A DNA stretch of 64,000 nucleotides from Amphiscolops sp. MND2022. Taxonomy: Eukaryota. Shown piece after piece: positions 22,003-33,417 of this stretch. The stretch covers positions 46,934,001 to 46,998,000 of the forward strand of contig OZ076415.1 in NCBI GenBank assembly GCA_964187785.1, in the 5' to 3' direction. The notes below the pieces were generated by a model that ran no database searches, was not told the origin of the DNA, and saw only the letters and a list, made by a program, of their open reading frames with translations. The position numbers and the translations under genes were made by a program. How positions within the stretch are numbered: position 1 is the first letter of the stretch; every line of letters starts with the position of its first letter.

Positions 22003-25000
22003 GCGAAGTGTTATTAAACCTGAGATCCAATGGTTTCAAAGGTTCACGACCGTGGAACAATGCGGTCGGGCTTGTCCCTATTGCAAAATGATAAGAAGTA
22101 TTATGAATAAATGCAGCAAGTTGCACGTATTTGTACAAGTCATTCCACTGCTCTGTGGTGTTCAACTTCAAAATTCGTTTGAGGGCGCTATGCGAGCGCT
22201 CCACACTACCTACCGTTTGAGGGTGTTTTAGACTGGCATGTTCCAATTTTATTTCCAAAAGTTTAGTCAATTCGTGCATCAATTCACTCACAAAAGTATT
22301 ACCCAAGTCGGATAAAATCGTTTTTGGAAGATAACTCTGACGGAAAAATATCGACGCAAGTTCTCGTGCAACAGTTTCGGATCTCCCATTAGGAAGTGGG
22401 ACTGCAAAAAGATATTTTGTAAAAACATCAATACCCGTAAGAACATAACGGTAGAGCGGAGACTGTAACGGACCGACAAGGTCAATTTGTAAAATTTCGC
22501 CCGGGTAAGATTTCAACGAGGAGACCGGTTGCAACGGAATTTTCAGATTTTTGCTTGGTACACGTTTCAGTTGCAAGCATTGTAGACAGTTTTGGATAGT
22601 TGACGTTAAGTATTCTGTAAAATTCGGAAAATAAAAGCATTTTCTAAATTCTTCAACCGTTTTATTGATTCCCATATGGCCTGCTGTCGGCGAGTTATGC
22701 AAGCGGTAAATTACTTCGCGCCAAAGGGATTTCGGAACGCAGTACTGTTTGTGTTGAACCTTTCCTTGGTCGTCAAAAAAAAGTCGGTAGAGGACATTTT
22801 CGTCGATTATGAGACGTGGAAATTGTTTCCGATACTTTCGTAAAGCGATCGGTAAATTTGGCGACATGTCCGGTGAACCTCGGTCTTTCCATTGCATTAC
22901 CTCACGAATGGTCTCGTCTTGATTTTGTACTAGAGCGAGGTCTATTGGCTCTGACCGGTTGGGCAAATCATCAAGAATGTCGCTGAATTCTTCTGACGAG
23001 ACTAAGTTTATTTGATTTATTTGACAGAAAGAGTAAAAGCCAGTGATGTCAAGAGACGGGGTAGTCTGCGCTTCGGTTGTTTTCTGTAAAAACTGTTCGT
23101 AGAGACCAAATTCTTTCAATTGTGAAATTAGGCGTTCGTCAGCCTGATCGTCAACAGATTCCGGAAAAGGTGATCTATCCGAAATATTTGATAAAGCGAC
23201 ATCAGGAGATTTCGCTTCGTTTGCTATTTCGATATCTTTAATAGGTATACGATCAGTTAATTTGAGAGACAGGGTTAGAGTAGGGTCTGTTTGCATTCGT
23301 GATAAAAAATCTGCGGCCGAATTCGCTATACCAGGAATATGAGCAAGGAGAATGTTGAAAGACAAAACTCTATCCAAACAGTTCCATAACGATGGATGAA
23401 TACTTTTAGATTGGAAAAATTGCGTGAGACTACGGTTATCGGTTAAGACTAGCACAGGTTTAGTTGCGCCCCATATAAAATGTGCAAAATGATCTAAGGC
23501 GAAATAGAGAGCAAGAAATTCTTTATAGTAAACCGAAAATTTCAATTGCGTGGGACCAAACAATCGAGATCCAAAGGAGACCGGCGCGTATACTTTTTTC
23601 TCTTTTCCTTGTTGATCTAACAAGTAGTCCTCAATCATGAGGACAAAGCCTGTGCCATGGTAACTAGCGTCACAAAGGAGTACGTATTGGAGACCAGGTT
23701 TTGCCAATCGCAAAGTAGAGTTGGTAGCATTTCGTAAATCAGTTTTTAATACATCTAGTGCTTCGCTATGTTCTTTCGTGGTTTTAAATTCTACATCTTT
23801 TCGCAAAAGTTTGTAAAATGGTAGCAATTTTTGACCCAAATTGGGCATAAATGAACGGAAAAATTGGACAAATCCAATCAATCTCTTCACTTGTTTAACT
23901 GTTTCTGGCATCCTGATTTTTTCAAGGAATTTGTTTATTTTGTCTGCTTCAGGTGAGATGCCTTTAGGAGTTATAGTGCTTCCCAAATATTCAATTTTGG
24001 TTGTCCCAAATTCGCATTTGTGAGCAGACAATTTTAATCCCGATGCTCGCAGGCAATCAAAAATTTTCGTTAAAGCAGGAATCATTTCATCAAAGTTGTT
24101 TACTCCCATGGCAATGTCGTCCATGAATTGAGTACAAACATTGGCAGCAAGACATTTCTCTAGATAATGTTTGACGAACGAACTAAATCCAGTGACGGAT
24201 TTGTTCAGGCCTTGGGCTAAACAATTATAGGCAAATGTACGTGAAGCGAAATTAAATGCCAGCAATTGTACCGAAAGGTCATCCGCCATTTGAACGCAAT
24301 GGTATGCTTGCGAACAATCAAGTTTACAAAATAGCTTCTTCCCCGCAAAATGGTTTGTCGCATCGGTCATATTTGAAATCGGGAAATTGCTATTTAAGTA
24401 ATCATGGCGTAGGAGGTGGTTGACTCTTCTGAGATCGATAAGTATGCGAAGCTTGCCAGATGGTTTGCGATGTACAAATATCGGACTAGAATATTTCGAA
24501 TGTGACAACGTAGTTATGATGTTAAAATATTGTAATAACGCCAATTCAACTAAGATTTCGTCACGCAAATGAATCGGTGCTGGTGGACCTTGAACGTATA
24601 CCGGAAGTTGATGAGCAGGCGTTAATTTGATCTTCAATTCTGTATTATACCCAACATCGAAGCGATGTTTTGCAAACACGTCATGATATTCAACAAGAAA
24701 GTCCTCCAATTTTGATTTTTCATCAGCGCTCAAAACACATGTATCCCACGTAAATTTTTGCAAAAATTCTCGTCTATCGTGTGAATTAGATTTTGGATTT
24801 ATTTTTTCAAAACGTTGAAGTTGCAAAATTTGGTCGTAAATTTCGCGTTGCAACGGTGACAAATTTGAAAGATCTGTACATGTTTCGGGAGTCGGAAACC
24901 AAAGTTTTGAGTAATTTGGGGGCGGTCGACCATTGTCAGTGTCAAATTTTTGAAAGTGTATATCTTGAATTAGCTGATTGAGTTCATTTTCAAAATCGTC

Positions 25001-25890
25001 AGGTTTTCTCATTTTTGCGAGTGCCAATAATTGTGGATCTATTCCGAGGAGATAATCAGCTTGTGACTCGCTCAAAGTTTCGAAATGTGCAATTTGTTTT
25101 TTGCTATTTAGCGTAATCTGGGAATCGGACAAATTGATCGCTGATATGTATATTTTATTGTCATTGTCCATCTTGCTCAGAGACGAAGTTAATGCAATAT
25201 TGGCTTTTTCCTCCAGATTCTTGTTTGGAATGACTAGTCCTGTGCAATTAGCGAACTGGTCAGTATATTTATCTAAATAGCATTCAAGGAGGACTTGTTG
25301 CTGCGGTCCAATATTGACTTTTTTGCCCAATAGGATAGGTATATTTTTCATTTTTTTCACAAATTGGCGTTTTTTTCCAGCGTCCGGTTTCATTTCATTG
25401 AGTTGAACCGTAAAGTCGGGCAGTTTCAGTAAATTGTTTTTGGGGTCTATCGTGATATTCTGTTTTTTAAAGAAAGAGTTTCCCAAAATTACACTATTCA
25501 TTTTTGATAGTACAAGGAAACTGTCTGTAAATGAATGAATTCCAATACAGAATGTGAGATTCACCTGATTATCAACTAACACTCGTTGTCCTGAAGCCAT
25601 ACGGACAGACGTAAAGTTTGGAGTTTCATTTTTAATTAAGTCGGGATGACTCAAACGTAATTCGTCGTATAAATTTTGAGGCATTGCATTAGCGCAGGCG
25701 CCTGTATCAATGAGGGCTCTCCGGTGAATGTTCGGAGAAAATTTCAATTTAACGTAGGAAAGATTTTCACCTTCAAGAGGCAAAACAGCGCATATATCTG
25801 GCTCTTTTAATTCTATGTTACATGTGTGTGGCTCATTAGACTGGTTTTCATGTAGAGAATTAGGCGGTGGAGTCTTGTGCTGCGTTTTTA
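21917..25890 (-). CDS. pol: Pol of element A (protease, RT, RNase H, integrase)
   Basis: PR ALIDTGA; RT LDCSQAYH, AQGL, QFMDD; RNase H LCDAS, YKEFLA, LTDN; IN H-H-C-C finger plus QIDLVGP, SDLG and VERSH. The frame is open back to the gag stop in the -1 frame. Confidence 0.95.
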
Positions 25891-27156
25891 GTTTTTTTGA
25901 TTTTGATTGAACGGCATTTGAGCTCCTCGTTGTGGCGGGTTACCTTGCGCAGTACAATCTTTTGCTAGATGATTCGGATATCCGCAATTATAGCAAGTAT
26001 GTGTTGATTGTTGTGTATAAGGCATGTAATGCGGGTCCGGAGTAAAAACTTCAAATGTAGTTTGCGATGAACCTTGATTGGAATTTCCTTGTTGAAAGTT
26101 TTCCTGATTATGATTTGACCATTGTTGCTGACTATTTTGATTCTGATTAAAATTTGAATTTTGGTAATTTTGATTTGACTGATTGTAATTTCTGCCGTAA
26201 TTGTTCTGCCAAGGTCGTCCTCGACCTTGGTAACCTCGACCTCGGTTTCCACGGTTATTGCCGCGATACCGACCACGATAATTTCCTCGATTTCCGCGAT
26301 AGCCTTGGCCACGATAGTTTTGAGAGCCGCGTTGCGAATTGTTTTGGTTTTGCTGATTTTGTAACTGAGTGGTAAAATTCGTAGCTTGCTCTTCTAGTTT
26401 TTTGGACATTTCGTTCAGTCGATTGTCCATTGTTTCTTGACTATGGCTCAATTTTGTAACAGCTGTAACTAAAGTATCAGATACTGAAGGGCGCACTTCA
26501 CTGAAGGCATCCAGAACCGAATCTTCAACCTTACAAAGGTTATAGATCGAAAGTTGTTTCCGAGCGAATATACACAAATCTTCAACCGTTGTATTTTCCG
26601 GTTGTTCCAAAAGTTTCGCTCGAAGCCAGCCCGGCATATTTTTTATAAATTGTCTCCGAATCTGAGTGGAGCGCGCTTGTTGCGCTGAATGAATTATTTC
26701 GGCTCTTCTGGCGGTTTCAGAATCAAATCGTGTTTGTTCGACTGCTGCGTCCGGCGCGGCACCGTCAATTGGTGCTACTGCGGGTGGATTTGGGTCGGGA
26801 TAAGCTTTAAGTGCTTTCGTTTGTAACGTGACTAAAAAATTCTCTGGATTGTCTGTTTTGGGATCGAATTTTAAGTTTTCCAATTTAAGAACATGCAATT
26901 CCTGAAGTCTTGGATTACAAAAGTGATCACGAAGAGCTGTCAAGGAGAGGTCTAAGTCCGCACGTGTTGCTACCGGTAGTGTTTGAAAATAGCGGAGCGC
27001 AGCGTCTCTAAGATGAAGTTGTAAAAAGTTGGCCTGTTGCGCCTGCGGTACCGCAGCTACTGCTAAGATACTTCGTAACAAATGTTCAAATTCACGAAAG
27101 TTTTCCTTTTCTAAACCCGAGTACGGTGTTAGCGAGAGTTGAGGTAAAGCAGCCAT
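25888..27156 (-). CDS. gag: Gag of element A (422 aa)
   Basis: Retrotransposon-gag-like N-terminus (FLQLHLRDAALRYFQTL), RG/N/Q-rich region and CCHC knuckle CYNCGYPNHLAKDC. Confidence 0.93.
   Translation of the reverse strand: MAALPQLSLTPYSGLEKENFREFEHLLRSILAVAAVPQAQQANFLQLHLRDAALRYFQTLPVATRADLDLSLTALRDHFCNPRLQELHVLKLENLKFDPKTDNPENFLVTLQTKALKAYPDPNPPAVAPIDGAAPDAAVEQTRFDSETARRAEIIHSAQQARSTQIRRQFIKNMPGWLRAKLLEQPENTTVEDLCIFARKQLSIYNLCKVEDSVLDAFSEVRPSVSDTLVTAVTKLSHSQETMDNRLNEMSKKLEEQATNFTTQLQNQQNQNNSQRGSQNYRGQGYRGNRGNYRGRYRGNNRGNRGRGYQGRGRPWQNNYGRNYNQSNQNYQNSNFNQNQNSQQQWSNHNQENFQQGNSNQGSSQTTFEVFTPDPHYMPYTQQSTHTCYNCGYPNHLAKDCTAQGNPPQRGAQMPFNQNQKN
25891..25897 (-). promoter_or_regulatory. -1 ribosomal frameshift heptamer A AAA AAC at the gag/pol junction
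   Basis: ...CAA AAA AAC TAA ends gag; pol continues in the -1 frame as CTA AAA ACG CAG... without stops. Confidence 0.8.
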
Positions 27157-27852
27157 GATTTTAAAGTTAAGTGTAAAATAGAGAGTGACGAATAAAACAA
27201 ACTAAGATTGTAGTGAAGAAAAAATTAAAAATTTGTCGATTAAAGTTTGTAAAATGCAGTCGAACACTGATGTGTAGTTTGTACTTCGAAAACTGAACAA
27301 CGAATACGAATATGATACTTTCAAGGCGAAACAAGAAAGATTTGAGATCAAATTTATAGCGTTTTTGCAACAATTACAATTTGCAGTGAAAGGAGGAAAT
27401 TTGCAAGTGGAAAAAAGTAAAAAGTTTGCAGAAATTCACAATTGAGTTTCAAAAAGAGTAACAGCTGTGAGACACAGTTCAGTTGAAAATGATAACAGTT
27501 GAAGCACTCATGAAATTCGAAATCCACACTATATCACTTTACTGCTTCAGAATTGAATCAAACTCACCGACTGTATTCGTACTGGCACTTTGAAGTCTTC
27601 ATGAAATTGAATACAGATATCGTAGCATCAAAGTTCGCCCAATTGGAGAAAGTCACCAAAAGTCATCGTTGATTGCTGTAGTTTCCAGTTTCTGCCGTGC
27701 CTTGTTTGTTTCAGTTATTACAGCCTCGTGGATCTGGTGCTGGTCGTGGATGATGTGGCTGGAACACCGCGGGTGGTTGGTCGGGGGTCTCGTGTGAGCT
27801 TTTCAACACAAAAGGGAGAGTTCTTCTCTGTATTGCATAGTGAGGCTTGTTT

Positions 27853-27866
27853 CGCTCCTGTCACCA
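27853..27866 (-). promoter_or_regulatory. Primer-binding site of element A
   Basis: TGGTGACAGGAGCG abuts the 5' LTR and is complementary to a tRNA 3' end (...GTCACCA); the tRNA identity was not determined. Confidence 0.8.
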
Positions 27867-28195
27867 ACTTATATCTCTACTTTTAAGATGAGTATTTATG
27901 GCTGGCGGCTGGATGCACGAATGGAGAGCAGTCAAGTCTTCGGAACATGGATCACAATCCTCAGATTAGTTCTCTTTTCTTATTGAAAACACAACCATGC
28001 AATTCTCTAGTTATTGTCAGCACTGATGTTTTTGTATTAATAAGTGTTATTATAATTATTTGTTTAAAGATGCTGATCAAATAGTTAAAAGGTTAAAGTT
28101 CTGTCATAGGTAAAATAGTTTTAAGGTCAAATATTTAAGAGTTCTTTCAATCAGTTCTTTTGTCCTCAACAACGGAATGTTTCAGCTATGTTACA
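27867..28195 (-). repeat. 5' LTR of element A (329 bp)
   Basis: Direct repeat of 13934-14264. Confidence 0.95.
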
Positions 28196-28960
28196 AATAG
28201 TTTATTGTCGATGCAGTCTCCCAATACTTTCGTTGCTGAGGTAAATTGTATACTCTTACTCCCAAGAGGTATTGGATTCAACGGTTGTTGTTTTGCTGCG
28301 GTGAAAAATGAATGAGTTCCGTTTTGTCCTTCTGACAGTTTATCACCATTCTTCAACGTTTCGTTAATAAATCGATAGCCTCCATCACAATTTTCATTTC
28401 TGACATTGCCTCTTCCAACGTTTTCCCGAAACTTTAACTGTTCCGTCGTCAGCGAATTTGTATATAACTATGTTATTCCGATCATCAAAACTTTCCCCAG
28501 AATCATGTAGGAAGAACTTGAAGAGAATTGGAGATACCACTGATATCCTTGTGGGAGCCCGTATTCCCCACATTTTCGGCTTCGACCCTTCAGTCCGTTT
28601 ACTTGCAAGTATATTTGTATCTCCCTATTGTTCATGAGGCCGTCCAAGAGGTTCATAAACTTCCCCGTAACTCCTTTTCCCCAAAACTTGAATGCTAAGC
28701 CCCTCTTCCATACCGAGTCATAGGCCTTCTCGAAATCGATAAAAAGGCATACCGTCTCTCGTTTGCTTTGCTTTGTTTCTCGTCCTTTATCTGATTCACT
28801 AGACTGTTAAGATACCGGATAGTGTTTCTGTTCATGGAGAACACTTCTTGATTTTTGTCCCAGACTTTGACTCGATTTTGGTGTTTCGCTAATCGTTCCG
28901 ATAATATTTTATCTAGCACCTTCCCAATGTTATTGAAATCGGCCGGTATGCGCCGGATCT
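28196..28960 (-). pseudogene. Decayed LINE reverse transcriptase (upstream part, host of element A)
   Basis: LDKILSERL, GLPQG (approx. 28550), KFADDG (approx. 28450) and IDNKL at the insertion junction. Confidence 0.8.
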
Positions 28961-30076
28961 GGCATATGAGATTTTACCTTCCTTTCTAAGAAATATTTTC
29001 GCCGCACGTCATACCCATGAGACTGTTTCGTAGCATCCATCGTATAAATTCGTTAGTGCCTGTATAGCTTTCGCGCCCAAACTACTCAGCATCGAGGGAT
29101 GGAAACCTGCATTATCGAAGCTTTTTGCATTGCAGTTGTACCTTTGGAGGGCTCGCGAAACTCCCCTTCCGTTATCGTGTCGTCACTAATAGTTTCTTCT
29201 GAGCCTTTAAAAGTCATTCAACTTCAGGTCCTCGTATCGACTAGTAAGGAGAAATTGCTTGGGACCACACTTAGTCAGGAGTACCCTCGCAACGAGGTGT
29301 TGCTTAGCTAACAGAATAACTGTCGTGAACTCCAAATAAAATTGACTCATTATGAGTGATTAAAAGCTGACTCATTGTTTCTTTTCTAAAGTCATATCAA
29401 AGTCAGACGCCAAATTAGGTTTTTTTTGTATAGAATTTACCCTCTTCTTGTTTACAATCGAAGTATATTCTCCAGGGAGTGGCAATAATTATTTGGCAAT
29501 TAAAACCGATTCTGAAAAACTAATTATTTTGGTAATTTGGCTCACGACCAATCAATTATTGCCAATATTTGCCAATTTTTGGTATTTAAGAACCTACTGT
29601 TCCAACAGGCTTCCCAAGTGCTTGGGTAAACTCGATTTCTGGTTTGGTTTGGGTCAGCTTTTCTACTTGGGTATTTGGTTTGGGTCAAATTAAAAATCCG
29701 ATTTAGGTATTTGCTTGAGTCAAAAATGAAAATCCGTCCCCTAATAACTGAATTGAAACCTTCCACGTTTATTACATAGCTTGACTAACATGAAAGGAGT
29801 TTTTCAACTGAAACAAAATATGATTAATAACTTTGAAACAAACGCTCATAAATTATTCAAGACAACATACATATGAAAAACTTCTTCCGAGTAGCAGAAT
29901 TCACAACTGTAGAAATTGGTATGCCATACTGGTAAACCACATGTGCAACTTCGTTTGCACCTGAAAAATTCCAGCACCTCATTGACGAAAAAACGCAACT
30001 TGAAAGTGATATCTAATTCACGCCAGAGTCAATGCATCGGCATGCAAATCACTGAGGCGTTCAGTATATAGTTGAC

Positions 30077-30595
30077 GGGGACCGTAACTAAGGTCTGAGG
30101 AATAAGATCTAAAGAAATTTCGTAAAAGATCTAACGAATTAAGATCTAAAAAGCATTCACCGTAATTAAGGTCTAAATAAATAATGAATAACGTCTAAGG
30201 AACAAAGTGGGGTCATATATGGTGTATGCACGCTCTTCCTGACCGTCGCAAAGACCAGTTCCTACTACGATCGCTCCGCGATCTCCGTTCGACCTCGCTT
30301 AGCAAGATGGGAACATAAGCGGCCCCAAGGGGCCGCGGGGCACTAGAGGAAATGGGGACATTTCTGAGGCACGTTTTATACTTTAAAGCAGTTCCAAATC
30401 GGGAATAACATCTAAAAAACGGGAATAACGGAAATTAAAACCGGAATAATGTCTAAAATTCACTTTTGTTATGATTCGGGAGCTGGCATTCCCTAGATCT
30501 TAGTTACGAAAAATGACATTTATATCTTAGTTATTTAGATCTTAGTTACAGAACTGCGTTTCGATCTTTTTCCTTAGATCGTAGTTTGTCCCCAC
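30077..30595. mobile_element. Mutator-like MITE
   Basis: Imperfect TIRs GGGGAC...GTCCCC(AC) with AGATCT/TAAGATCT subterminal repeats; 9-bp TSD ATAGTTGAC (30068-30076 and 30596-30604). Confidence 0.7.
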
Positions 30596-31489
30596 ATAGT
30601 TGACGACAGACGAGTCCCAGATTCTCCTATTGATCTTCAGGAACAACTGTCGTTCGAGCATATAAGACGTCAAATTCCGTCTCATTTCGTCAAATAGCAG
30701 AACTGAAGAAGCGTTCCAGTGTAATTCATATTGGCAGTAGAAACCAGTTGATATTATTATATTGCAATATTATTGGTCCAAAAAATCTTTAAAATCAATA
30801 TATTGAATATTGGTAGACGTGATATCATTTATTGCCAATTATAGCAAAATTTGAAAACACGGTCAAACGAACGTTAATTACGTCATGTCACATATTTCAA
30901 ATAACACAATGGCAATTACAAAACATGAGTTATTCACAGGGTTTTCAAACGTTTGAAGCAACCTGGTTTGAAGTTTGAATGTTTGAACCCAAATAGTTTG
31001 AGTTTGATTTGATTTTAGAGTTTGAGTTTGGTATGAAGTTGAAGTTATAAAGGACGCTTTTTTAACACTCAAAGCGTTCAGAATAGGTATGTCTTTAGTC
31101 GTGCTTGGAAAGTGTAATATGAAGGGCTCAATACAAGATCACATGGTAGTGAGTTCCACAATTCAGAGCCTGATACCCAGAAGCATCGTTTTCCATAGGT
31201 ATTGTTGGTAATTCTGACAGTCCATTTTCGTTCTCTGGAACTTCTCAGATCGTACTGATCAAGTTGCTGATACCTGAAAAGTTGGTAGTTTGAAAACTGT
31301 TAAATAGTTTGAAATTTAGGCAAACACGTAACAAACTGTTATGAATAATGAACAAACACCTCTTGTAACTTGCGTAAAACACATTGTTTTAACAAAAAAT
31401 GTTTTACAAATGTTTTAACAAAAACGTTTAACAAAAAATACGGAATTTCAACAAATGTTTTAACAAAAAATATGGAATGGCACATGGTT

Positions 31490-32147
31490 TCAATTGTCAA
31501 TTACACTTTGAGTTAGCACGTTTGGCGCGGCAGTGTTCATCCTAACAACCAAATTTAGCTCCTCAGTTATCTTCAGAAAGACGTTACGAGTAAAATTCCC
31601 TGGATCCATGCGACTTTGAATTGAAGTTTTCAGAAACTTTGCATGACTGAATAAACGTTCCAAATCAGAATTTGAAACGGGAATATCAGCCAAAATTGAC
31701 GTAACCAATTGATCAACTGGACAATTCCCTTGCTTCGCTGAATAGGCGTCAAATGAAATATTTATATCGGCAGTATACGGATGATCGTCAGCCCTTGAAT
31801 TTGGCGAACTATCGACATCAGATACCATACCAATCAATTTGTCATACAATGGACCAGATTTCTTAAATGCTTGTATGACAACGTAATTGGTACCACACCA
31901 CTTGTTAAGATGCTGCATAACGGGATTCCTAACGTCGGTCAGAGACTTTTCTTGTTGCAAATATGATCGAATGTAATCAACGCACTGAACATAAAAATCA
32001 AACGGGTGAGCAGATTTCTCAATTCCACATTGCAATTTTATGGTTACCTCGTACATTGGATGAAGTAAATCTCTTAGCTTCTTGATGTCGTCCCAATTAT
32101 AACTATTCTGAGTAAACGCGGTAATGGATTTTTGCAAAACTAAAAAT
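31490..32147 (-). pseudogene. Inner hAT transposase, C-terminal half
   Basis: DLLHPMYEVTIKLQ and the dimerisation domain DIPVSNSDLERLFSHAK...QSRMDP; in frame with the N-terminal half once element B is removed. Confidence 0.85.
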
Positions 32148-32867
32148 TGTAACGACCGGCTAGCGACGCACATCTAGGAAGAGGGACAATGCCTAGGATG
32201 CTTGAACAGGAGACCGTTGTCTTACTACATACCTAGACACTAGATTTTGGTCCCAAAATGGTCTCCTAGGGGACTTTTCTGACGTCTAAGGAGGCTTCTC
32301 AAATTAGAGCTCCGAAACGACGCGCCGGCACTTTCAAAGTCCGGACACGCCCCACAAGCCTGTAAAAACGTTCCCTAAGGTTTCTAGTGCGTTCCTACGA
32401 GTTCCTACATGCTTCCGAGGTCAAAAACGGTGATCAGCTGGAAAACTTAGTATTTGGCAAATAAGATATAAAAAGACCTAGAAGGTCAAACATCTTCCAA
32501 GTACCACAGGGGAAATATGGAAATAATAAAGGAAAAACGGGGATAAGCCCCAGTTACTTTACAGTTTTCAGTCCATCATCCATATTTTGCCTCTGGCAAG
32601 GCTCTGCAGATGTTGTTGATTTCCCAAGGAGATGGCACAACATACTGATAACCTTTCTGCTGATGTTTCTTCATCTTCTGGCAATTCTTCATCTTTTTCT
32701 GCAACTTTTTCACACGTGCTCTGTTTCTTGCTCGCTCTCCGCGTGTTTTCTTTTTTCTTTCATGCTTTTTGTACCTGCTAGGTCGGCCATCTTTTTTCTT
32801 CTGTTTTGACATCGCACATTTCGAATTTTTCATCGAAATTTTGGTCATGCCGGTGGCAGACGTTACA
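32148..32867 (-). repeat. 3' LTR of element B (720 bp)
   Basis: Direct repeat of 50197-50917; about 22 substitutions and 1 indel by manual count (about 97%). PPT GGGGAGGA at 32868-32875. Confidence 0.95.
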
Positions 32868-33417
32868 TCCTCCCCGGGCCGTAGTTTGTCGTCCACGGCA
32901 AACGAGATGATGGTAATACCCAGAGGGTGATAGCAATGCTGAGAGTTTTCTCAACACCTTAGCAAGGTTTCATTTTTTCTTACTTGTTTTCTTTCAACCT
33001 CCAAATTTCCCTGTTATCTCCTCGTACTAATATCAGTCGGTCTTACGACAACTTAAAAATTTACTTGACAAAACTAAAATTATGGCAGACGGTTTCAAAA
33101 ATTACATGCAATTCCACGAACTTAGGTTAAAATCTTTTTTCTAGAAGGTGCTCTGGCACTTCTCGGGGTAACAAAATTCGGGTCTTGGTAAGAATGGTCA
33201 ATTACTGAATTGGAGAGGGTGGGAACTGGCTCAGGGCCCACCCACATAGCATAGTTTAACTAAAATTTTAAGCATATAATGAGTATTGCTCAGGAATTCA
33301 GTGTCTTAGCACCAACAAAAATGAAATGGTCTAGGACCATTAGGATGAGGTTGTGTCCATTTGAGGGTAAGCTCTGATTTTCATTTGGTAGACGGGTCAG
33401 CGTCGGTTGTTGCTCCT

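Larger units (their letters stand above)
13934..28195 (-). mobile_element. Full-length Ty3/Gypsy LTR retrotransposon A with env and accessory ORFs (14,262 bp)
   Basis: Two LTRs, 5-bp TSD AATAG (13929-13933 and 28196-28200), PBS, PPT and the order gag-pol(PR-RT-RH-IN)-env. Removing the element restores the LINE motif IDNKLFFADH. Confidence 0.95.
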
